In this document: in pieces, positions 53,417 through 64,000 of the stretch
How the letters are laid out: the number at the start of each line of letters is the position of its first letter
Position numbering within the stretch: position 1 is the first letter of the stretch
NCBI GenBank assembly: GCA_028534125.1
Contig: CM052816.1
Location: 97,218,001-97,282,000 of the forward strand
DNA: 64,000 nt
DNA from: Lama glama
Lineage: Eukaryota
Reading direction: 5' to 3'
Notes under the pieces: model-generated
The model's database searches: none
Seen by the model: the letters and a program-made list of their open reading frames with translations, nothing else
Told to the model about the DNA's origin: nothing
Position numbers and translations under genes: made by a program

Positions 53417-53830
53417 CTTGAATGGCACCCTCCCCAATAAAAAAAGGCATGTTCACGTAGAGCCTGTGCATATAACTCTCCTTGGAAACCATTAAATCTC
53501 TGTAGATGTAATTAAGTTGCGGATCAGAGACCAGTTCATCCCAGATTAGGGTGAGCCATAAATCCATGGACAAGTATCCTTACAGAACAAAAGAAACAGG
53601 GAAGATGAGGGAAGACAGAGGCAGACTGGAGTGATGCGGCCACGGCCAAGAACACCTGGGCCACCAGAAGCTTGAGGAGGAAACAAAGGATCCCCTAGAG
53701 CTTTCAGAGGGACAGTGGCCCTGCTGACAACCTGAGTTTGGGCTTCTGGCCTCCCACTGTGAGAGAATGAATCACACTCGCCAAGGCACCGTGTTTGTAG
53801 TCGTTCTGGCAGCCCTGCGAAACTCACACT
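53412..53830 (+). mobile_element. MLT1C-like MaLR LTR
   Basis: cagaggcagactggagtgatgcggccacggccaagaacacctgggccaccagaagc. Confidence 0.85.
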
Positions 53831-54599
53831 CTGGTGCACACACCATATACTTTATTGCTGAGAAAAGGTGACAGAAATGCAATGAAGGCCAAAAACCTAA
53901 AGAAGGAAGAAAGGAGAGAGCAGGATTCTTGGAACAGGGTAAAGAGAGGAATGATGAACTGAGGTATCTCTTGGATCCCAGTGCCGATGGTCTCCGTGCC
54001 AGGTGAATGCTTCTCCCGCAGCAGAAGTCTGTGTGGTTGAAAGAGGTTCCTTATTCTCAAGCCCAAAGCTGAGCCGGCCTTATGCAGCTTTGTTTTGAGC
54101 ATTAATGGGATGCAGGTGAGATTTGGGGCAGGTGCGCCTCGAGAGTCTGCATACGTCACCGTCCTATATAAAGCTCAGAGCCCAGACTTTCTGACTGTCC
54201 CCTGAACTGCGTTTTGCTCAGCACAGCGGCCTAAGATGTGGGTAAGGGTGATGCACTTGGCTTTTGGTGAATTTCCTCCACAGTTCTTTCTCCATTTCTT
54301 AATTCATCATGGTATTAGTTTAAACTTAAACCACTCATAGCTTAACATTAAATTGGCCTAAAAATACCCCTGTCAAGAGAAAACTAAGCTGGATCAGGAG
54401 CTGAGGGGGCCGTGAGGGGCTTCTGGTCCCAGGTTCTGTGCAAAGGCTTTGACCACGTGGCTCCGCCCTTCACCTTGGGAAAGGCAGGGTGGGGCCAGCT
54501 GTCCTGGGTCTCAATTTCCTCATCATTCACTGAAGCCTTTGGGACCTAGCTTACAGGCTTCCATGATACCAACCTTATCTGTGACTCTAAGGTATTTCA

Positions 54600-56240
54600 G
54601 TATTCATGGACATGACCTATCCCACAATTCATGGGCATCTGACATTGGACTGCTGGACTTCATCTCAATCACATGCCCATAAACTTGAACCTTCGGATCA
54701 CGTGAACACATCCATCCCAGAAATATCAAACTCGTTGCCTATCCCTTCTTCCCTCCCAGCTTCCCACCTGGACATATCACAGTGCCCCCACCCCTGGCCC
54801 TGCCTCTGCTGCTCACCTATCAGCTGATCTGCAGTCATTGCCTCCTTCTCTAGACAGCTGGGAATTTACCACCGATGGTCTGAACGTTTCCCTTGCCAGT
54901 CTCCCTGTAACCACATCCGCTGTGCCCAGCCACGGATGAATCACGGGCTGACACCGTCTGTCTTATCCACCCTGGTGCCAAGCATACAAGTCGAGGGATT
55001 CCCCATGGATGTAAGATTGAGCCACTACACACTCATGGTCTCCAGTCTCAGCATGCTTTGGGACTGCCAGGAAGTCATCTCAATACAGCTTAGCTCTCAC
55101 TTCCAACTTTCTCCAAGATGATCTCAAACCTTTGACATGTCTACACGTCTTCATCTCCTTCCCACTGAGCCCTGTCTTCATGCTCCCCAAGCCAGTTCCA
55201 CTCTCTATTTCAAAGAGAAAATGGAAGCCCTCCTTCACTCCCCCAACGTATGACCCCATAACTCCAATTTGCATCCACACCCATGTCCACATGGGTTTCT
55301 CCAGTTCAAGGACAATCTCCCCACCTTGATCTCAAACTCTTCTCTGGGACTCCCTCTGGGGCCCACTGCAGCCACCATCCCTTTAGTCTCCTCCCCTTGA
55401 TCCTGTCGCTAAAGGGATGCCTGTATTTCTCTAGCTCCTGCTCATCCCTTCTCTTTTTATCTCTACCAAGCTTCCTGAAAGTTAAGCGAGTCCCAAACTT
55501 GGGTGTGCGTCAAAGTTTCCTAGAGAAGCTTTTATGAAAATCCCTTGAATCTATCCCGCAAAGACTAGTGAATTAGCATCTCCAGGACCACGGCACAGGA
55601 ACCTATTTGGACATATTTTTCCATTCTGGCCTATTTTGGATTATCCTCTCTTTCCCTGACCATTCCGCAAGACTCCTCTGCTCCCCACGCACCTTACATC
55701 TTGGAACTCTCCAGGGTCTTAGTTTCCTCTCACATTAAATTAAGTGACCACCGTGGCTCCCACGGTGGACACAACACCCTGCAGGACAACATCTCCCTGC
55801 TCCATCTGTGTCTCCAGCTCAGACTCCGCTTTCAGAATTCAGGCAACCACAGCCAGCTGCCTGGCACACATCTCCACCTGGCGGACCCTCAAGCACATTC
55901 CAGCCAAAAGAAATTCCCCATCTTCCATCCCTAAAGTTATCCTCCATCCACCTTCTGTCTACACCTGGTGTCACCCCTGATAACCCGCTCACCCAAACTA
56001 GCATCCGGACACTCTTCCTTGATGTGTACCTTTCCCCACACATCTGACATTCACTAAGCTGTGACAATTTTATTTGTTAAATATCTCTAGAATCTATGCC
56101 CTTTGCTCTCCATTCCCCCTTCTGCTCCGCTTCTCAATCAACTCTGGACATTGTCACAAACATTTCCACTGGTGTCCCTGTCCCTGGGCTGTCCCTATTC
56201 AAATGTATCTGGCAGAAGCCACTAAAGTGATACAGGTGAC
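54600..56240 (+). mobile_element. Extended degenerate L2
   Basis: Pyrimidine-rich L2-like sequence, e.g. ccatctgtgtctccagctcagactccgctttcagaattcag. Confidence 0.55.
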
Positions 56241-56579
56241 TTCTAGATGAAGCTCCAGCCAGCACAGGTGGGGATGCTGTGGCTACGGACACCTTCCACA
56301 TCTCAGGGGCTCATGCACTAAGTGTCCATTTCTGCCTCAAGTTTAAAGTCCACGACAGGTCAGCAGAGGGGTTCATCTCAATTGTGGGAGTCCACAATTA
56401 CTGCAGCACAGAGGCTCCTTGGGGAGATACCACACATTTCTGCTACTCACTTGAGTAAGTCACCAAGTGCAAGCTTATCGTGTCGTGTGCCCGCGGGCAT
56501 ACAACTCGAATCCCCGCCACCAGCACTGGGCAGCCCTCTGCTTAAACCTCTCCACTCCCTGGAGCTTTGTCTGTAAACT

Positions 56580-56750
56580 TCACTATGCATAAGGAAGACC
56601 AAGCATGCAAGTTTCAAATACAAAATTCTAGGACCCACCTCCAGAAAATTCTGATCCATTTGGAATGTGGCCCAGGAATTTGCATTTTAATAGATTTCCA
56701 AGGTGATTATTTTGCTGGGGGTCCATGAGCATACTTTAAGAAACACTGGC
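56580..56750. mobile_element. MER5-type hAT element
   Basis: aaattctaggacccacctccagaaaattctgat...ggcccaggaatttgcattttaa...tttaagaaacactgg. Confidence 0.75.
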
Positions 56751-58218
56751 TTACAAGATCAAGTGAAAGCTTCGTAAAATGTCATGGGATGTCCTGCATG
56801 CTGGGCTGCAGGCTGTCTCTGGAAGCCACTCACACTTACCACCCACCTTGGAGCCACCATGCTTCTTGAGGTGAGGCCACCCCCACCCCCCAGATTCTGG
56901 CCACTGGCCTTTGCTCTCGGTCTCCATCCCGTGCTCGCCTTCTCCTTTCTAGCGTTTAGCCTGGTCAGCTCCTAAGTGACCCCAGAACTCAGCCCAGGTG
57001 GCAGTGGAAGAGGAAGGCCTTTCAGCTCCCGTCCCAGTCCTAGCCAAGCTAGATGGCCTCTCCCGTACTTCACTGCCCCGTGTACGGCGCAGTCTTGTGC
57101 TGAACCGACTTTGAGCTTGTCCTGGGGCAGGATTACCTACTTCTGAGCATATTCTTTCATTAGACTTTGCAATTAAGAGCAATGACTTCTCCACCACCAA
57201 GTGTAATGCCAGGCAGACAAGATGTTCCACACATGATGGGTCATGAGACTGAACGGATGGATGGATGGTTTATCCCACCTCCATGTTTCTATTGCATATT
57301 TCATTCCTGCTCCATTGCTCCTGAGGGAAAACAAGTTTCGACCTGGGAGGGGTGAGTGGGTGAGTGCAGGAGGCAGCAGGGACCAGGACTGGGACCCCTG
57401 ATGGTCTGTGAGCTCCTCACCACAGCTTTGAAGCCTTGCCGTCGCTAAGGGGCCTCCAGGGCCGCAGCCCGAGCGCACCAGCTTCTCAAAGAGGGCTCTG
57501 TGCAGTGTCCCCAGAAGCTGCCTGAACGTTTGCTTTGAATCCAGCCCAAACCTCAGCCCCAGCCTCACCCTGGCCCCTGCCTCCTTCTCTGTGCCTTCAA
57601 GGGGACACCAGAAATAGCAATTGACAGAGGAAGGGAGGAGCCCGCAGCAGCCGGAGACTGCTCCCTTGCCCTTCAGACAGTTAAAGATGAAGATAAATGG
57701 AGATTCCTGGATTTGGCTCCCCATGCGGCTCCGACTGGAGACAAGTCTTTTGGGCTTGTCTCTTACAGGAGCTCAAAAACCCACTCGCAGAGCTGCTTCC
57801 CCACTCACTTGCTTTTCCTTCACTTCACTTTCCCTGCATTTGGGACATTTTTGTAACTTGGTGCCCTAAGCGCATGTAGCCCCCCTTAATGCCTGTCTGA
57901 AGCAAAAGGAGGACTGACTGAAAAAAAGAAAAAAGCACGACTCCAATTCACTGCCTCAGCAGAGGCTCTCACGTCAGGGTACCCTGTCTGGGACACTTAA
58001 TTCTGTGGGTACCAGTTGCTAACACCGCCATCAGCAGCGGCGGCAACGCCAGCTGAGGCGTTGGCAGCACCCACTGTGGGAGGGCACTGCTCCAAGTACA
58101 AGCTAGTTGTTCATGAATGTAATAGCTTTAACTCCCCCACGTAATCGATGGAGATGTGAGGATGAGAGAGGGGAGGTGACTCACCCCGATCCCCTGGGAA
58201 CCCAAGGGTCTGACCCAC

Positions 58219-58308
58219 GGAGTCGCCAGCCCGGTCAGTCCACTCATCTGCCTCAGACGCAGACATCACAGAATTAATTTTAGGACAATATTTTAGATCT
58301 GTTGTCAT
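58219..58308 (-). pseudogene. Candidate pseudo-exon
   Basis: gtacag|ATGACA...GACTCC|gtgggt, 90 nt; weak polypyrimidine tract. Confidence 0.25.
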
Positions 58309-58994
58309 CTGTACATGTTCTCAAGGAGTTAGAAGATAGTTCCTTTGGTCAGTTTCAGTAAACTAATCACCCAGGTAAGCGGATCACTGCTATAAATACC
58401 CACTGTGCTGTGAGGCAGAGGACGAGGGGCTATGTAACAGCATGGACTTGGAGCCAGATGCCCAGCGCACAGGCTAACCCTAGGGGAGGGCATTGGATTA
58501 TAGGGAGAATGTATCCACCGGCAAGGCTGTTGTTTCATGACTCAGGTTATCAGAGCAACGGAAATTTTTAAAATCACTTTCTACTTCGAGCAAAAGGAAT
58601 TATGAGATACAGCTTACCAATCATGGAAGGAAGGAAGAGAAGGGAAATCTATAAGTATCTGTTATATACACATATTTTATGTATAAATATATAGAGGAAT
58701 AAGTAAAGGAATATATGGCTGCAGAATAACACCTACTGAGAGTTTTCTATATCCAGAGATATATATATATGTATTTTCCCCATATGGATGCCAAAGGGGG
58801 TCTATCCAGCCCAACAGCGTTGGTAGACACAGGGTTCAACTCCACCCCCACCCCCTGAGCCTGCCTAAGAGGGGGCCTCCCAAGCAGGGCTGGGACCCTT
58901 GCAGAGGTATCTTGCTCTGCAAGGAGCAAGGACTCTGGAGAGGGTGTGGTCACCAGACTCTGAGAACACTGAGAAAGAATGACTAGTACTCTTC

Positions 58995-59170
58995 TTATTT
59001 TTTTAATTGAAGTCTAGTCAGTTTACAATGTTGTGTCAATTTCTGGTGTACAGCATAATGTTTCAGTCATACATACACATACATATGTTCTTTTTCAGAT
59101 TCTTTTTCATTAGAGGCTACTACAAGATATTGAATATAGTTCCCTGTGCTGTACAGAAGGACCTTGTTGT
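58995..59170 (-). mobile_element. L1 3' end
   Basis: ttttttaattgaagtctagtcagtttacaatgttgtgtcaatttctggtgtacagc. Confidence 0.9.
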
Positions 59171-59254
59171 ATAAGAATTATTTTAAAAACAGCACCATGT
59201 AAAATTTCTGGTATGTCTACATACTTTGCCAGTATTTAAAAATTAAGTCGTTGG

Positions 59255-59535
59255 TCAGACTCACAGACAGAAAACAAATTTGAGATTACCAAAGGGGAGA
59301 GGGAAGGGGGAAGGGACAAATTAGGAGTATGTGAGTAACAGACATAAACTACTGTATATAAAACAGATAAACAGAAAGGATTTACTGTATAGGACAGGGA
59401 ATTACATCCCTTATCTTGTAATAATCTACAGTGGACTGCAATCACAAAAACACTGAATCACCATGAAGGACACCAGAAACTAACACAATATTGTAAATCA
59501 ATTATATTTCAATAAAAAATTAAAAATAAAAAGCA
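59255..59535 (+). mobile_element. L1 3' end
   Basis: cagactcacagacagaaaacaaa...caccagaaactaacacaatattgtaaatcaattatatttcaataaaaa. Confidence 0.9.
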
Positions 59536-59609
59536 AAACCAAGCCCACCTAACTGTTAGAGACGTGTACTCTTCACAGATAGTACTCATGGCAAATGTTT
59601 TTCACTTAC

Positions 59610-59724
59610 AATTTAAAAGAGAATATTTCTGAAAAAATTGTCATTTGTAGGTGGAGACACCCAGCACTCAGGAGATGCCAAACATTTGTACTTTTGTTTG
59701 TGAACATTAGAGAGGCATTTTCAC
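59610..59724 (-). pseudogene. Pseudo-exon
   Basis: Long polypyrimidine acceptor tctttcctctcacgtttcttcttcttggag|GTGAAA and consensus donor AATT|gtaagt; GENASLMF...QFFQKYSLLN across frames. Confidence 0.5.
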
Positions 59725-60316
59725 CTCCAAGAAGAAGAAACGTGAGAGGAAAGAGACTAACAGACTGCTCTTTCCTTGGGGGTTCACACCATTTTTTTTT
59801 AACAAAGCCAGGAACTAAAAATACTTCATGTACATTTGGAAAAAGCCAACTTTAATGTTCCTAAATATGTCTGAGGTTTAGGAAGGTAACCTAAATACCA
59901 TCAATAAAGATTTATGGGAAATGGCTCCCTAAAACAATACTATATAAATATTAAAATAATAAATGCTTGGAAATCAGCAACGACAATGGTCAACAGGAAT
60001 GTGCTGCTTAATTAAAAAAAAAAGTCAAGGTGATATTCAGCCCTCTTTACTAACAGCGCTGTTGCGTGTTCACTGACGCCGCCTTTCTTTCTGAGGGCTT
60101 GCACTGGGGCATGAGCAGGTGTTCGAGTGCTCATTATCAGGAGACAATTATAATGAGATAATGAACAAAACCACTATCCCTTGTAAACCACTTTGCCTTG
60201 AAGGACAAAGAAAACACATTAAAAGGGAGGCGGGAAAGGTGGACCAATGTAGCATGGGATCCCAACGTCCCCAGTGATCGGCTAAGGGAAGCGTTAGGGC
60301 AGGGGCAGATGCAGAC

Positions 60317-60500
60317 CTGGATTCTGTCCTTAGAAAGTGGCCTGGAGGTGCCACTCTTCCTAGGACAGTCTTCCTGCTGTGAAATCAGGCTGGTGACGAC
60401 GTGCACCAGAGAGAGCAGAGGGGCCTGCTCTTTTTATAAGCACTTTGGGCTTCTTTCGTTAACAATTTTAAGCAGTTTCTTTGAAGTGAAGGCTTCCCAA
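60317..60500 (-). pseudogene. Candidate pseudo-exon, start of RGS-like module
   Basis: Donor AATCCAG|gtctgc; frames give GHFLRTES and F*GQNP(G); joined to the next exon this reads ...NPGENASL, resembling the FL.G..GE motif of RGS22/RGSL1; 5' boundary approximate. Confidence 0.4.
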
Positions 60501-60535
60501 ATATAGAAAATCCACCCTCCTGGTGAAGTTTTGTT

Positions 60536-61035
60536 NNNNNNNNNNNNNNNNNNNNNNNNNNNNNNNNNNNNNNNNNNNNNNNNNNNNNNNNNNNNNNNNN
60601 NNNNNNNNNNNNNNNNNNNNNNNNNNNNNNNNNNNNNNNNNNNNNNNNNNNNNNNNNNNNNNNNNNNNNNNNNNNNNNNNNNNNNNNNNNNNNNNNNNNN
60701 NNNNNNNNNNNNNNNNNNNNNNNNNNNNNNNNNNNNNNNNNNNNNNNNNNNNNNNNNNNNNNNNNNNNNNNNNNNNNNNNNNNNNNNNNNNNNNNNNNNN
60801 NNNNNNNNNNNNNNNNNNNNNNNNNNNNNNNNNNNNNNNNNNNNNNNNNNNNNNNNNNNNNNNNNNNNNNNNNNNNNNNNNNNNNNNNNNNNNNNNNNNN
60901 NNNNNNNNNNNNNNNNNNNNNNNNNNNNNNNNNNNNNNNNNNNNNNNNNNNNNNNNNNNNNNNNNNNNNNNNNNNNNNNNNNNNNNNNNNNNNNNNNNNN
61001 NNNNNNNNNNNNNNNNNNNNNNNNNNNNNNNNNNN
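60536..61035. other. Assembly gap
   Basis: 500 N. Confidence 1.
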
Positions 61036-61412
61036 CTTTTTTAATAGTTGATTTACTATATTAGATTGCTTTTAAGTGTACAACATAGTGACTCAATATT
61101 TTAGGAGATTATACTCCAATTAAAGTTGTAAAATATTGGCTGTATTCTCTATGCTTGTTGCTAACCACTCTATCCTTGTTGCTTATTTTCTTCTATACAG
61201 AGTAGTTTGTGTCTCTTAATCCCCTGCCCCTATCTTGAACTTCCCCCTTCCCTCTCCCTGCAGGTAACCAGTTTGTTCTCTGTATCTGTGAGTCTGTTTC
61301 TGTTTTGTTATATTCATTTGTTTTTTTACCTTTTAGATTCCACATTTAAGTGATGACATATAGTGTCTGTCGCTCTCTGTCTTTCTTATTTCACTAAGTG
61401 TTATACCCTCCA
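61036..61412 (-). mobile_element. L1 3' end
   Basis: ttttagattccacatttaagtgatgacatatag...ttatttcactaag. Confidence 0.9.
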
Positions 61413-62289
61413 GGGAGCACTTACAACTGTAGGTTGCACCGTAAAAGCCACTATAAACAAAGACAAGTGATAGGAGGCTTGGGTGGATATATTTGCAACA
61501 CACATTAAAAATAAAATAGTTTAATATTCTTGTTACCGATACAACTCTTACAAATTGAAAAGAATAAAATACTAAGAAGCCTGCAGGGAAGATTTAAAGA
61601 GCTACTCCAAAGATGAGGAAATCCAAATGGCCAGAAAGCACAAGCATTGTCACAAGCTGGGAAGACAACCGTTCCAAAACTTAGCCCCTACTCTAATTCT
61701 GAAGATGGCAATGAAACCGCAATAGAACTGAATTACCTATAAATTCTTTTTAAAGGGCTACAGATTTAAATAGTAACCACTTTTGTTCAGTTTGAATGTT
61801 ATTTGTCTTACCAATGGCAAAATAGAAAAAAAAATGAGATAAGAGTTTATAGCAATAAACCTAATAAAATAAGAGTACTGAATATACAAATAGCTGAGAT
61901 AAACTAATAACCAACTTTTTAAATGCTCAGAAGCAAAAACACACTGAACCCTTTTTCATGTATATTAAACATAACCACATTTATACTGCAGGTTCCTGTG
62001 GGCAGGCTTCGTCCACACCATAACGTTCACTACTTTTGAGAGCATCATTAAACTGCACCACAGCCCTGTCAAATCATTTCATACAGCATTTCACCTTCTC
62101 TGATAATGAAAGGCAGGCAACACTTTCTTAAACTATTAAACCATCTTAAGAGAGAAAACCTTGCTTCCTTTATACAATCCCAAATGAACAATTTATTTTT
62201 CCCAAATGTAAACGAACACAAAATCCTTAATTTTTAAACTATGCCTTTGAATAAAGGGAGCACGATGGATTCTAGAATGACTTTCATGA

Positions 62290-62764
62290 CTAGGCAACTG
62301 CTTCTAAAAACAGAATTTTTAAAAGATAGCCAAAGTTGAAATGCAATCTAATTTTGCAGCAGCATGTCTTCATTTTATCCTGTTCCCTGGTACATCTGTC
62401 ACGAACAGCTTCTGTCATTTTCTGAGTCAAGGAAATTAAATGACAGAAGTTAAAGATTTTTCCTGTGTCAACTAATAATCGACACTTTTCTATCATCCTT
62501 TGCAAGTGCCCCCGAGTTAGCCTCCTCATACCTCTTTTTACATCATTATCCTTTTTTGCCCTCTGCACCTAGCTGAAGTCCAGTGACTCCCAAAATGACT
62601 CATTTCCTTTTATCTCATGTACAACAGCTCTCGTCAGCTTTGCTTTTGGTTCTAGTAGATGGAGTCCAACTAACACTTGGACGTGGGATTTTAGCATCCC
62701 AGGAGGCCAGGTCCGTCCGTGTCAGCCACACAATCTATGAACCAACCCTGTCGGACACGGATAC
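62290..62764 (-). pseudogene. Candidate pseudo-exon (5'-most seen)
   Basis: Acceptor ttcctgcctcacctgcag|GTATCC; long nearly open frame LKSHVQVLVGLHLLEPKAKLTRAVVHEIKGNESFWESLDFS*VQRAKKDNDVKRGMRR; no RGS motif; donor not identified. Confidence 0.35.
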
Positions 62765-63322
62765 CTGCAGGTGAGGCAGGAACGGTCATATGACCAAGGG
62801 GCCTTTAGAGGCAGTCATGAAAGATGTCATGTAACCTTGCTTGGCTCCTGCTTCACTTCATTTTATGGTTTCAGCGTATTTGGGGGAAAAAAGGTTTCCA
62901 TGGTGCCTCCTCCCGGTGTGAGTGATACGAAATGCCTGGAGCATCCCAAAGTGCTGCCAGCAGGCAGTCCCCCAAGGAACAAGACGGGAACCTTTCCCAG
63001 ATGGTCCAGCTTCGGGGGACAACTGAGAAGAAACACCAAAGAAAAGGGTAGAATTTAGGGCCCAGAAAGAGTCCCTTTTAGGCTGAGCAAGGACTTCCTA
63101 CTATGACATTAGGTATTCACTATGCTTTCCTTATTTATTTTTTTATACTTATCTCTTCATTTGGAGTTTATTTTGGTTGTTGCTGGATGGTGAAGGTCTT
63201 TCTTCCCCTCAGTCACACAGCCAGTTTCTCACACTATCTGCTGAATACCTTTATCTCTATGAGACCCCTTATCTTAATTCCTTACATATCTTACTTTGTT
63301 TCTTTGTTCTTTTTTTCTATTC

Positions 63323-63598
63323 CAGGGGGTGGCAAGCTGTGGTCCACAGGTCAGATCAGGTCTGCACCTTGCTTTTGTGTAGCTGATGAGGTAAGAATGA
63401 GTTTTACATTTTTAAATGATTGGGGGAGAAAGAAAACAAGCAGTATATTTCATGAGAGATGAAAGTTATATAAATTTCAAATTTCAGTGTATGCTCATTT
63501 GTTTGGTCACTTTTGTGCTTAACAGAGATGGCTAGTTTGGCTCACAAAGCCGAAAAAAGGACTGCCTGGCCCTTTACAGAAAATGTTTGCAAACCATG
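63323..63598. mobile_element. MER58-type hAT-Charlie element
   Basis: cagggggtggcaagctgtgg...ctggccctttacagaaaatgtttgcaaaccatg. Confidence 0.8.
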
Positions 63599-63714
63599 AC
63601 AGTAGTTCATTGATCTGTGTACTGACTGTAAAACCTGTAACTGATAAGGCAGGTTTCATTAGAAATTATTTCTTTATTTTCCCAAATTCAATACATAATT
63701 GTCTAATCAAATTA

Positions 63715-64000
63715 CTATTATGGACTGAACGCTGGTGTCCACCCACCTGTTAATTCCTATGGTAAGGCCCTAACCCCGACGGTGACAGTTCCGGAAGATG
63801 GAGCCTCTGGGAGGTGGGCAGGATTAGATGAGGTCAAGCAGATAGAGTCCCCATTTGATGGGAAGAGTGCCTCTGCGGTAAGAGATGCCTGAAGTCTTGT
63901 CTGTCCTCTCTCCTAGCCCCCACAAAAAGACCTTATGATGACTTAATGAGAACCACCAAACCCCAACCATGCTGGCACCCAGACCTCAAACTTGCAGCCT
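63715..64000 (+). mobile_element. MLT1A-like MaLR LTR (truncated by window edge)
   Basis: tattatggactgaacgctggtgtcc...accatgctggcacccagacctcaaacttgcagcct. Confidence 0.8.

Larger units (their letters stand above)
5300..62764 (-). pseudogene. Decayed multi-exon pseudogene of a large multi-RGS-domain gene (RGS22/RGSL1-like family); probably extends beyond the right edge of the window
   Basis: About 25 co-oriented minus-strand segments, many with polypyrimidine-AG acceptors and GT donors. Degenerate translations repeat RGS motifs in collinear order, with many stops and frameshifts. Does not resemble RGS22 or RGSL1 as I recall their sequences. Motifs recognised by eye only. Confidence 0.6.

Noticed and set aside
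57173..57724. 183-aa minus-strand ORF
   Set aside because: No recognisable domain; consistent with a chance ORF in GC-rich sequence.
60523..61064. ORFs of 173-177 aa
   Set aside because: Artefacts of the N gap.
5300..62764. Assigning the symbol RGS22, RGSL1 or CCDC162
   Set aside because: The peptides do not match those proteins as I recall them, and no flanking genes are present for synteny.

Overview
Mammalian (eutherian) genomic DNA, probably cetartiodactyl. Camelid is suggested by the style of the L1 3' ends and by my seeing no Alu, B1, Bov-A/tA or PRE1 SINEs; this is inference. No intact protein-coding gene is visible, and the listed ORFs are short and mostly repeat-derived or random. 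A large share of the window is interspersed repeat (L1, L2, MIR, MaLR MLT1, ERVL MLT2, hAT/Tigger), plus microsatellites and two ~500-N gaps. The main signal is a series of about 25 minus-strand segments between ~62.8 kb and ~5.3 kb, many with acceptor and donor sites. Their hand translations, broken by stops and frameshifts, repeatedly give RGS-domain-like motifs in the correct N-to-C order (F..FL.....L.FW / I...YI.P.SP..V / FD.AQ..IL.LL...W/F). I interpret this as a decayed, intron-containing pseudogene of a large multi-RGS gene of the RGS22/RGSL1 type with roughly 7-9 modules. The call rests on motif recognition by eye and needs profile-search confirmation.
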